Source: a virus. From it: a stretch of DNA of 64,000 nucleotides. The translations under genes and the position numbers were made by a program. Position 1 is the stretch's first letter, and every line of letters starts with the position of its first letter. The notes below the pieces were generated by a model that was not told the DNA's origin, did no database searches, and saw only the letters and a list, made by a program, of their open reading frames with translations. Of this stretch, positions 45,101 through 52,732 are shown piece after piece. The DNA lies in the IMG/VR virus record IMGVR_UViG_3300033143_004594, positions 1 to 64,000 of that record. One strand, given 5' to 3'.

Positions 45101-48055
45101 CTCTGAATACTGTTCTTGGATTGATTGCAACTCGGCCAACTTGTCTCCCATTGACAGGAAGGTATCAGCCGCCTTTTCTCCTTCCTCATTACCCTCACTC
45201 AGCGCAAGCGCATAAGCAGTAATGCCATTGGCAAAATCTAAAACCTCCTGATCGTGTAGTGCTATCTTCGCAGTTACTTCTTCTACAGATGCACCAGTAG
45301 CAATAAAGCCTTCTTGGGCATCGTGTAGTACACTGGCTAGATCGGCCGCCATCCCGCCACCCGGTAGACCCGGAGTATAGCGGAGTGTCCCCTCTGTAAT
45401 ATCATTCAAAACCTTGATAACAGGTAGAATGGATTGCATATCTTCCCGGAATTCTGCGATTTTGAGGGAAGCATCCAAAAAGAAACCTTCAACATTCAAC
45501 AACACCCCGGCAAGACCCATCAAACCCGCTGAAAGACCACCTGCAGCACCCTCGCCAGCGTTGAACCCAAATACTAGAATACCAAAGGCATCAGCAACTC
45601 CAAAAAGGGCTTCGGCCACTTCAAAAACAGGCGCGGGGTCAAAGTTCTCCAAGAAGTTTTCAACCTCTGTCCCAAGTATTTCTACTAACTTAGCTAAAAT
45701 TTCACCAAAGGCATTAGAAATGCCCATTAGGTCGGGATTTAGTTCTTCCAGCACATCATCAATTTCTTTGAATTGGTTTGACAATTCGTCAATGATGGGC
45801 TCGCCCATCTCAGCCTGAATCTGGCGTAGCCGTTCTTTTATCCTGCCCTCAGCAACCCCAAAGGTATCGCTAAGGTCCTCGACACTTCGGCCGGTCCGTT
45901 CTAGCTCAGCTTGGAGTTCGGTCAATAAACCAGTAACACCAGTTGTCTGAAAGGCGTTTCGGATTTTGTCAATAGCAACAGGGCTAATCTCGAACCGCCT
46001 CTGTAACGACCGGAACTCACCGCCTAATGCTTCCTGTAGGGCAATTCGAGATCCCAGCTGGCCTTGCTCAGGCTGGAAGCGGGCCAAAGCTGTAGCAACT
46101 TTAACCACTTGCTCTAACTGATCAAGGCTTTCGACTTCTGGAAGGAAGGCCCGTCCAACCCCGACAACGTTTTGTCCTAGTTCTACTGATAAGTCTCTGA
46201 GTTTTTGCAAGGACGCTTCGGCTGCAGCCGTATCACCTTCAAAGAAAGCTGTAAATTGGGCGTCTGCTAACTCGATTTCCTTAGCTGCTGTTACTGCTCC
46301 CTTAACAATTGCCTGAAACGCCTGAAAAGCAGCCTTAGCCATCGCCATGAGAGCCTGAGTTAGGGCCTTAACTGCCAAAAGTGTACCGGCAATAGCAATA
46401 CCAACTGGACCGGCCACGGCCGCAGCTTCACCAATCGCTGCCATACCGGGCATACCAATACGCTGAGCAGCAAACCCGGCCTGTCGCATTTTAGTACCAG
46501 ATGGAAGGTTTGATGCTCGTGCGAATCCGCCCTGACTTACATTAAGATTAAACTTTCCCTGTTTGGCGACAATCTTATCAATGGAGTCAGCATATTTTTT
46601 GTTGGACCTGATGACATCATCGACTTCTTTTTCTAGCTCATTCATTTCGTCGGCCGATTTGCCGACAGTTACATTAAATTCGCCATGTTTTTTGGCTAAT
46701 TTATTAAGTGCATTTTGCTGTTTGGTATAAGTCTTAGTCGTTTTAGTGAACTCTTTTTGGGCATCTTTGGCCCTTTTAGCTCCATCCCGATCTGTTTTTG
46801 CTAATTGGGTTTTTGATTTTCTTAGCCGATCAGATGACGCCTTTTGTGTATCATTGGCCTTGGTGAGACTGTTTTGAGCCGTTTCACGCGCACGGGTAGC
46901 CTTACTAACGCCCTGTTGGGCTTCCTCAGCCGCAGTTTTAGTATCGGTATAAGCCTTCTTTTCAGCCTCAGCCCGTTCCTCAGCGGCTTCAACTTGTGCG
47001 GTTGCGTCATCCTTAGCCTTCGCAGCCGTCTCCTTAGCTGCATCGCTACCCGATTTCTGAACCGTAGCCACTTCTTTAATTGCATCAGCTTCGGCTTTCT
47101 TCGCAGATGTTACCGCTTCTTTAGACTCATTCCACACCCTTTTCTGTTCTTGTTGGGTTGCCTTAGCTGCATCGCTGCTAGTCTTAGCCGCTGTGACAGC
47201 ATCTTTAGCTGCGGCCAGGGCCTGCCTTCGTTGGGCAACTACTTGTTGGGCCGCTGTAACCTCGGCCTGCATCCCCTGAATAGCCGTTTGGGATTGTTGC
47301 CGCGTTGCCTCTGATAGCCCCTGTTCGGCCGCCTGTTGTTGTTGGGCTGCATTTACGGCAGCCTCTCCCGACGCTTCCCGCTGTGTCATGGCCGCTTGTA
47401 ATTCTTTGTTATACCCTTGTAATGCTTGTGATGCTTCTTCTAAGCCTTCTCTTTCTGATTGGAGTTTTGTTCCTGCTGTAACCGCCTTTCCTTCGGCCGC
47501 TGTTAAATCAACTCGCGCCCTGGTTCTTTCCTTAGTCCCAGGTTGAGTAGCCGCATGTGAGGTAATTGCCCCTTGCAATTCCCGCCGTGACGAAAGCGCC
47601 TCTTGCAAGACTGGCTTGATCCTTCCTTGCCTTTGTTGCACATCTGCGGAAGCCGCAGAACTTAACTGCTTTAGCTTAGCAATCTGTTCATCAAGAACCC
47701 TAATATCTTCCTTTCTAGCAGCTACCGCCTGTTGCGCTGATTGAACCTCGGCCTGACCTGCAACCCGAGCAGCCTGTACCCGTTGTTGGGAAGTCTTTTT
47801 AGCACCAGAAGCTGCTTGGCGCTGGCGTTGCTGAATCTGTTGGGTTGTCTGTTGTTCTGTTTGTTGGATCTGCCGGCTGGCACTCTGAGTCTCTGCTACA
47901 GCCTGCTTTAAGCCAGTGCCCATATTGCGGCCGACATTCTGGAAGCTAGTATCAGCTTTCTTCGCCAGGGCCTCAATCCGAGTGTCGATGCTGGTTAAAA
48001 CACGGTCAACTTCGGCATCATCTAAAACGATTTTATAGACGTATTCTTTAGGCAC
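42140..48055 (-). CDS. Tape measure protein (1971 aa)
   Basis: Very long, Ala/Gln/Glu-rich helical protein. Has hydrophobic central segments and a C-terminal LLVGERGPEIIDMPGAGRIIP motif typical of TMPs. GTG start follows GGAGAAG. Confidence 0.85.
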   Translation of the reverse strand: MPKEYVYKIVLDDAEVDRVLTSIDTRIEALAKKADTSFQNVGRNMGTGLKQAVAETQSASRQIQQTEQQTTQQIQQRQRQAASGAKKTSQQRVQAARVAGQAEVQSAQQAVAARKEDIRVLDEQIAKLKQLSSAASADVQQRQGRIKPVLQEALSSRRELQGAITSHAATQPGTKERTRARVDLTAAEGKAVTAGTKLQSEREGLEEASQALQGYNKELQAAMTQREASGEAAVNAAQQQQAAEQGLSEATRQQSQTAIQGMQAEVTAAQQVVAQRRQALAAAKDAVTAAKTSSDAAKATQQEQKRVWNESKEAVTSAKKAEADAIKEVATVQKSGSDAAKETAAKAKDDATAQVEAAEERAEAEKKAYTDTKTAAEEAQQGVSKATRARETAQNSLTKANDTQKASSDRLRKSKTQLAKTDRDGAKRAKDAQKEFTKTTKTYTKQQNALNKLAKKHGEFNVTVGKSADEMNELEKEVDDVIRSNKKYADSIDKIVAKQGKFNLNVSQGGFARASNLPSGTKMRQAGFAAQRIGMPGMAAIGEAAAVAGPVGIAIAGTLLAVKALTQALMAMAKAAFQAFQAIVKGAVTAAKEIELADAQFTAFFEGDTAAAEASLQKLRDLSVELGQNVVGVGRAFLPEVESLDQLEQVVKVATALARFQPEQGQLGSRIALQEALGGEFRSLQRRFEISPVAIDKIRNAFQTTGVTGLLTELQAELERTGRSVEDLSDTFGVAEGRIKERLRQIQAEMGEPIIDELSNQFKEIDDVLEELNPDLMGISNAFGEILAKLVEILGTEVENFLENFDPAPVFEVAEALFGVADAFGILVFGFNAGEGAAGGLSAGLMGLAGVLLNVEGFFLDASLKIAEFREDMQSILPVIKVLNDITEGTLRYTPGLPGGGMAADLASVLHDAQEGFIATGASVEEVTAKIALHDQEVLDFANGITAYALALSEGNEEGEKAADTFLSMGDKLAELQSIQEQYSETQKKVNEAVREFDVAATLRFEKLLTDATRRRMQAEIDNAQKLIDIDRKNKLKIADIQSAFESNVVKAAVSLNDKEQDIARKHGDAVLDLEGDLNDDRISAEEKYQEELRRLRDKFNFDAFEAMLANDGKALRQIRRRQAFEEDQLKKNRNDEIDDVTQKGDDRRAELDKQLQRELRDARIVSARKIRDLDTALQEQLAKQEQARQREVEAQAIAERRKTAVLNEQLNQALDDYRTWWDERSRVTTEKSADDLALLQKYIDDALALMNQLAGQGIVFNPLTGKPEFSYTPLSIDTTDTSTLAIDHIRELVVSLVRAQEMMAGGAVRADSTIAEEVAALSIEDLVDTFDKLRGTVDLALAMPEAENVWDAFDRYSFDTTNLAHTLMMEQALKLGGMVGIGAQEIINETLGLSMKDLDAWIQGFINKYTLPDLDDFSIFGESATGIPGIPGGMSMVTPGTPGAPFIIPSGAMSTNVSEDAPISGISGGGIFSAGAVQAIPGQPIFTFPNVTESPFGAQQAAPWTGSGTGLVGAPSFGEGVSAFPNFMTGMFGPSVFPTNPAAGFDSAAFNDVLQGQIDSQIAAEMIKRGEIEVTSDLAVLLAEQDLLSIESMLNGSVVAFQATSDAEIAILEQTIAKQQETLNALRADPALEEEAKAVEAALVILNDVLEQKREELAAATQEILDMETAATLLAEGDKQDAVDETVVSGGQAALMKLADVETGVEGEVAATEQSETQKVVILKEGAFRKKEVEDEYHAEILEADADHQEERAELTENAFVEAVDIADAFWVDWLRENNMGMAADYRQLYEWIKQRNQILATATPIIPGMGTIPADNDGDPDDTGGGATVTEAELEQMAINFADELGILTPLIQGDIMDMGYQELVDFVTWLQEQLGQRYLGGGFGPGPLLVGERGPEIIDMPGAGRIIPNHSPVFSNMLTSGARGGSMTINNTMDVTNQFPDPRGIPPTYIKAMENIAVRVAKRTWAGK

Positions 48056-48482
48056 TTAACTTCTCCAAAAGAGCGGCAAGTTTTTCGATCTCGACCTCAA
48101 TTTCCATGAGACGTTCCAACCGAGTAGCCTTTTCATCTGTCGATAAATCGGGGTTTTCACGGAGTTCATTAACGATGAGGGTAGCGTCAATCTTTCTTTC
48201 TTGGATATACAAAAAGATTTCGTCCGCCGTCTTTTCCGCCTCATCCAGGGCCAGCCGATTTTCATAAAAATAAAGCAGGTCACGATTAGCCCCTGAAATA
48301 TATGGGGCTGAAATGGGGGTTGCTGTCCCATAGGATGTGACTGTATTCCTGGCCCGTCCACGCCTGAACTGATGAGCGATGAGCAGGGAGAGGAACGGTG
48401 TATCCACCGGCCTAGATAGGAAGGGGTCTAAATTAGGGTGTTCCTTAACTAGATCCTCAAAAACCTTGTTCATAAGCACCAT
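48048..48482 (-). CDS. Hypothetical protein directly upstream of the TMP (tail assembly chaperone T-like candidate)
   Basis: Position. Acidic helical C-terminus. In the +1 frame relative to the upstream ORF. Confidence 0.5.
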   Translation of the reverse strand: MVLMNKVFEDLVKEHPNLDPFLSRPVDTPFLSLLIAHQFRRGRARNTVTSYGTATPISAPYISGANRDLLYFYENRLALDEAEKTADEIFLYIQERKIDATLIVNELRENPDLSTDEKATRLERLMEIEVEIEKLAALLEKLSA

Positions 48483-48951
48483 TCACTAATCCATCTACCA
48501 TCGCTTCAACGGCCTCGGCAACATTCTTGTCAAACTCGCGTTTATGGATCCCGCCTTCTGGATCTTCCAGGTCCAGACCCATCCTAACGCCACCGCCCGG
48601 ACCACTGGTGATGCTTCCCGCAGACGTTTTGGAAATCCACTTCCCGGCCGGATGACCTTCTTGTGAAAGCATCATATATCTGATCCGCGTACCTTTATTA
48701 AGGAGTTGCCACACGCTTAAAGTTGCTTGCTCGGCTTTTTGGGCCTGCATGACAACAACCCCAACGATGCGCCCCGGCTGTACCTGGGTAAAGTGCCCAA
48801 AGTCCGGCTTGTCCTCAGACCGCTTCCAGGGTTCGACAAGTTTCTTATGACGTTTTTCAACTGCTTTCAAAGCAACCTTAACGGCCGCATCCCCGCGCTT
48901 ATGAATACGCTTATAATCTTCATGAACATTGGGGCGCTTTGTCAAAGGCAT
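48457..48951 (-). CDS. Hypothetical protein (tail assembly chaperone G-like candidate)
   Basis: TAATG coupling at 48949-48953. Ends on GGT TTT TGA. Confidence 0.5.
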   Translation of the reverse strand: MPLTKRPNVHEDYKRIHKRGDAAVKVALKAVEKRHKKLVEPWKRSEDKPDFGHFTQVQPGRIVGVVVMQAQKAEQATLSVWQLLNKGTRIRYMMLSQEGHPAGKWISKTSAGSITSGPGGGVRMGLDLEDPEGGIHKREFDKNVAEAVEAMVDGLVNGAYEQGF

Positions 48952-49664
48952 TAGTCTATGTTCCTCATTCTTCGTGTCCGGTCCACTTCTAAATAACTCA
49001 TCCATTCATCCAGGTTCATCGAACAAATACGCCGTGCCCTTTCTTCAAGGGGGACAGTTGCTAACTGTAAGTCCGAGAATTGCATCTGGGTCGCCCACTT
49101 GTTTTCCCAATGCCGGACAACATTGTAAGCGCCATGACCGCCTTCGGCCGCGCTGAGGGCTTCCATCAGATCCTCATTGTTAAATTTAGCCTGAAACGAG
49201 TTTTTCAGAGTATAAACAATCAAGGCTAGGGTAAGTTGGGGAACTAAACCGGATTCGTAGAATTTACGGAAATCTTCTTCGGTTACAATCCGATTAAGAT
49301 CGTCTTTTTCTACACAGTTTTGAAGGATGTAAGCGAGAACTTTTTCACCAAACTCAGCCGCAGACTCATCGCGCTCTTTATTATGCCATAATGCTGCTTC
49401 ATATCGTTTATGGTCTCTAAGCTGATACCACTCTGGCATGTCCTCAGTAATTTCATGCTCGGGGATGGAAGGCATTGTCGGAATTGGAGTGCCCGTTTCT
49501 TCGTACTTCTCTATTTTATATTCAGCCCACTTTATAATGTCCCCCATGAGATCCATCGGGTACAGAAAAGGACCGAGGTCTTGCCGCTCGATTACATCTA
49601 ATTCAAAAATACCTAGTGTGCGGACGCTAAAGGGCTTACCATCGGACAAATAGACTTCCGCCAT
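48951..49664 (-). CDS. Hypothetical tail-module protein
   Basis: The ATG at 49664 (MAEVYLSDG) is preceded by an AAGGAAGGAAA SD directly after the terminator at 49677-49708. Confidence 0.65.
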   Translation of the reverse strand: MAEVYLSDGKPFSVRTLGIFELDVIERQDLGPFLYPMDLMGDIIKWAEYKIEKYEETGTPIPTMPSIPEHEITEDMPEWYQLRDHKRYEAALWHNKERDESAAEFGEKVLAYILQNCVEKDDLNRIVTEEDFRKFYESGLVPQLTLALIVYTLKNSFQAKFNNEDLMEALSAAEGGHGAYNVVRHWENKWATQMQFSDLQLATVPLEERARRICSMNLDEWMSYLEVDRTRRMRNID

Positions 49665-49676
49665 TTTCCTTCCTTG

Positions 49677-49708
49677 AAAAAAAGGGCCGCCAAGACACAC
49701 GGCGGCCC
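49677..49708 (-). terminator. Intrinsic terminator after the tail-tube-like gene
   Basis: On the minus strand, GGGCCGCC-gtgtgtctt-GGCGGCCC followed by TTTTTTT. Confidence 0.8.
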
Positions 49709-49755
49709 TTTATCGCTTCTATTCTACTGCTACTGAGCGCCTACGGCGCGATAGC

Positions 49756-51288
49756 TTATTGATTCGGTGACAACAGGTGCAAGACCGTGTTAGGTCCGGC
49801 GTCGGCAGCACCGACAACCCACGCCCTGTTAGCATCAATCTCACTCCAATAAGCCTCGGCATAGCCAGCGTTGGTTCGCTCAACGATCTTTCGCCAGCTA
49901 TTACCGCCGTCAATAGATTCGTGAACCTGACCAAGTGAGGCGGACGTGACAGAAACCCGGATGATCTGGCTATCACCGTTAATGAAACGGATACCGTTTT
50001 TCACAACGGTAAAGCCAGTTCCAAAGTCTTTCACCTGATCCCAATTGCCAGCTTCTCCAGCGAAATCGGGGCTCAGGTAAAGATATTGGTCATTCCCAGC
50101 TGCCAGTGTACCATCAACAGCCTCAGAAATAGCCGTGAAATCTGCACCACCACTCGGGCCGTTGCGAATCTCGAATGTGCCAGTAGCATTACGCTCTCTG
50201 GCAATAAAATTCGTTCCGCCGGCCGCCCAAATGGTTCGCCCATCAGGAGAAGCGGCAAAAGCATTTACCTGGACGCTGCCAGTGAAAACCGGGGCCATGG
50301 TGCCATCTTCGCCCTGCTGATCTTCAACAAAGATTTCAAAGGCATCGGTAGCCAGATACAGGCGGTCATGCTTAGCCCATAGCATCGCGGTGAGAATATC
50401 ACCGACAGCCGTGCCACCGGTCAACGTCTTGGAGGTCCAGGACGAAACCGTTACGAGGTCGCCAAATGTGACATCAGCATACTCGTACTTGGCGAATGCG
50501 GCTGCATCAGTGATGCCCGTGCCAAGAATGACGCGGACAACATTGTCACCGAGCAATCGCAACTGAGCGAAAGCAACGTCCTCATCAATCGCCATCGGGT
50601 CAGTCGAAAAAGATGTGAACGTAGCCCCGCCATCACCAGAAATATAGGCTTTTGGAGCAGCCGAACCGGTTGGGGCTACACCCACAACCATGATCTGGTC
50701 AGCGCCAGGGTAGCCAGTTCCACACTCGTTACAATCCTCATCGGGGATCGCATCAATGGATAGGCCGTCATTGACTTCTGTGCTAACGGTCAGCGATGAC
50801 AGACCGGTGCGGAGCACCAGCACAACGCCGCGGAACATCAGAGAACCGGACGCTTGCATTTGCGTACCATCAAACTCCAGAGACGGGCCGTCTCCAGGGC
50901 TATAAGTGGTCAGTTGACCACGGGACCAGTGATGAAGTTTGTCCCACACGAAAGGATTGTCCAGGACGCCACATTCGACCAATCGAAGCTGCAAATTGAT
51001 CGGGCATTTCCTTTGCCACATTTCTTCAAGAATCGTCTGAGACGCCTTCTCAAAGATGGTGACGGTCAGGGTTGGCAGGTCGCCCGGAGCGGTTTCGTTG
51101 ATGGCGATAACCACCGGCTTACCATTTCGGTCCCTAGCATACACCGGGGCAAGGTTGACAACTGGAATGGACTTCCCGGTCAGGGACATGCCATCTTCGC
51201 CAACGGCGAACGGAAGGAACGCCGTGCCCGATCCACTACTCTGGACCCACGCTACGGCTTCAGATTGCTTAACTACAGTCTCGGCCAT
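49756..51288 (-). CDS. Putative major tail (tube) protein fused to a C-terminal Asp-box beta-propeller-like domain
   Basis: Four genes upstream of the TMP and followed by a terminator. The C-terminal ~330 aa contains SGDGGATFTSF and SIDGGNSWRKI. Confidence 0.45.
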   Translation of the reverse strand: MAETVVKQSEAVAWVQSSGSGTAFLPFAVGEDGMSLTGKSIPVVNLAPVYARDRNGKPVVIAINETAPGDLPTLTVTIFEKASQTILEEMWQRKCPINLQLRLVECGVLDNPFVWDKLHHWSRGQLTTYSPGDGPSLEFDGTQMQASGSLMFRGVVLVLRTGLSSLTVSTEVNDGLSIDAIPDEDCNECGTGYPGADQIMVVGVAPTGSAAPKAYISGDGGATFTSFSTDPMAIDEDVAFAQLRLLGDNVVRVILGTGITDAAAFAKYEYADVTFGDLVTVSSWTSKTLTGGTAVGDILTAMLWAKHDRLYLATDAFEIFVEDQQGEDGTMAPVFTGSVQVNAFAASPDGRTIWAAGGTNFIARERNATGTFEIRNGPSGGADFTAISEAVDGTLAAGNDQYLYLSPDFAGEAGNWDQVKDFGTGFTVVKNGIRFINGDSQIIRVSVTSASLGQVHESIDGGNSWRKIVERTNAGYAEAYWSEIDANRAWVVGAADAGPNTVLHLLSPNQ

Positions 51289-51291
51289 GAT

Positions 51292-51768
51292 TTAATTCTC
51301 CTTATTGTCTAAAGCCGTTTTCACGGCACTGACAAGACGCTCTTTTGTCGCCTCGCCAAATCCGGGCACATTTTCAATGCGCTCCCCACTATCTTTCATG
51401 ACATCTCCAACGGTTTCAATACGCGCTTCGGCCAATTTTTTGAGTTGACTTTCCGAGATGCCAAGAAGGTCTAGTGAGGCCAACAACGTTTCCTGAGTAA
51501 CTGGCTCTCTTGCGGCCGCAGCCTGTGGTTCGGGCATTGTTGCCTGATCAATGACAGGAATATCCTGAGATTCGTCACGGATCGCCCGATTTAATTGGGA
51601 AACGACCTCATACGTGCTATTTCCACAAAACCAGGGACGGCCATGCGTACCAGGAAGATTTTGCAACTGCTTCTGGTTGACGATCCCCATCCTGTCGAGT
51701 TGTGTAGCGATGTCTTCCCTGCCGCTCAAGGAAGTTCGCTTTAGCAATTCTGACCAATTAAGACTCAT
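51292..51768 (-). CDS. Helix-hairpin-helix (RNAP alpha-CTD-like) repeat protein
   Basis: IENVPGFGEATKERLVSAV is a classic HhH (GhG). LLGISESQLKKLAEARIETVGDV is a second HhH-like unit. Confidence 0.5.
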   Translation of the reverse strand: MSLNWSELLKRTSLSGREDIATQLDRMGIVNQKQLQNLPGTHGRPWFCGNSTYEVVSQLNRAIRDESQDIPVIDQATMPEPQAAAAREPVTQETLLASLDLLGISESQLKKLAEARIETVGDVMKDSGERIENVPGFGEATKERLVSAVKTALDNKEN

Positions 51769-51780
51769 AGGCTTCTCCTT

Positions 51781-51809
51781 AAAACAAAAAACGCCACCTA
51801 ATGGTGGCG
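51781..51809 (-). terminator. Intrinsic terminator
   Basis: On the minus strand, CGCCACC-atta-GGTGGCG followed by TTTTTTGTTTT, then AAGGAG and the ATG of the next gene. Confidence 0.8.
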
Positions 51810-51877
51810 CTCCAATTGACGCTCAAACTCTAATTCAATTGTGTCCAGTATAAACCGGCTATATTGCCTCTGTCAAA

Positions 51878-52381
51878 TCAGGATTTCAGATCAAGGGCGA
51901 ATTGCCGATCCCCGCCCTGAGCTTCATTAACACCTGCGGTGTTACTCCATAGCTTAACAAACAACGATCCGGTCAACTCAGAGGGTAGATTATAAGCCCG
52001 ATCTGCTACCGGGCCACTTATAACGACCAAATTACCTAACCTGTCATATAGTGGTTGATAAGTGCCATCTGAGCTTGCCGAAACTAGAAAGCCAATGTCG
52101 GCCGCGGTCCAGGTAGCAGGCATATGAAGCAGGCCGGCAAAATTTGGATAAAATCTAAAGATGCCGGACTCAACAAAATCGACCAGCGCCCAATAGGTTG
52201 TCCAGCTTCCGCCTACCCCTGGCTCATCACCGGCCGCAGCCGTATGATCCAGGATGCACACGTAGGTCTCGCCGCCATTAGTGACAGCATCATCGACTAC
52301 GTAATCCGTGGTTACAACCCACGCGCCTCGTAAAGTATTGCCTTCTATAAGGACGTTTCCTACTTCGCTTTCACGGTTCAT
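51878..52381 (-). CDS. Structural protein, paralog A, with an N-terminal CBM5/12-like aromatic module
   Basis: Its C-terminal half is homologous to 52378..52731. The N-terminal sequence WVVTTDYVVDDAVTNGGETYVCILDHT...GGSWTTYW is shared with the collagen-like protein. Confidence 0.6.
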   Translation of the reverse strand: MNRESEVGNVLIEGNTLRGAWVVTTDYVVDDAVTNGGETYVCILDHTAAAGDEPGVGGSWTTYWALVDFVESGIFRFYPNFAGLLHMPATWTAADIGFLVSASSDGTYQPLYDRLGNLVVISGPVADRAYNLPSELTGSLFVKLWSNTAGVNEAQGGDRQFALDLKS

Positions 52382-52731
52382 GTTTTCATGTCCACAATGA
52401 GATCGCGGTCCGCGCCCTGATTCACGCCGGCACCGCCAGATTGACTCCAGAGTTTTACAAACCGGGCTGCCAGAACTTCAACCGGGATAGCATGAGTTTG
52501 GTCAGCGGCCGGACTAGCGATTTCGACAAGAGCGCCAGCGTCATCATAGAGCGGCTGATACGTCCCATCTAACTCGGATGACACCTGGAAGCCGAGATCG
52601 GCAGCGGTCCATACTGCCGGGAAATGGATGAGGCCATAAGCATGATCGTGGTAGCTGACAACCCCTGATAATGCTGTGCCATTAGGAATGGTTGTAGGAT
52701 AAGAATAACTTTGACGTTTTGCTGGCAACAT
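52378..52731 (-). CDS. Structural protein, paralog B
   Basis: TWTAADIGF/VWTAADLGF, YQPLYD and FVKLWS are shared with 51878..52381. Confidence 0.6.
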   Translation of the reverse strand: MLPAKRQSYSYPTTIPNGTALSGVVSYHDHAYGLIHFPAVWTAADLGFQVSSELDGTYQPLYDDAGALVEIASPAADQTHAIPVEVLAARFVKLWSQSGGAGVNQGADRDLIVDMKT

Positions 52732-52732
52732 A

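Noticed and set aside
42474-47314. Plus-strand and alternative-frame ORFs inside the tape measure gene
   Set aside because: These are short, low-complexity shadows of a biased A/Q/E-rich gene with no initiation signals.
48056-48361. Alternative-frame ORF (101 aa) nested in 48048..48482 as the frameshift partner
   Set aside because: It lies entirely inside the other ORF and does not extend a preceding gene. The geometry that fits a G/GT-type fusion is the 48457..48951 to 48048..48482 +1 junction instead.
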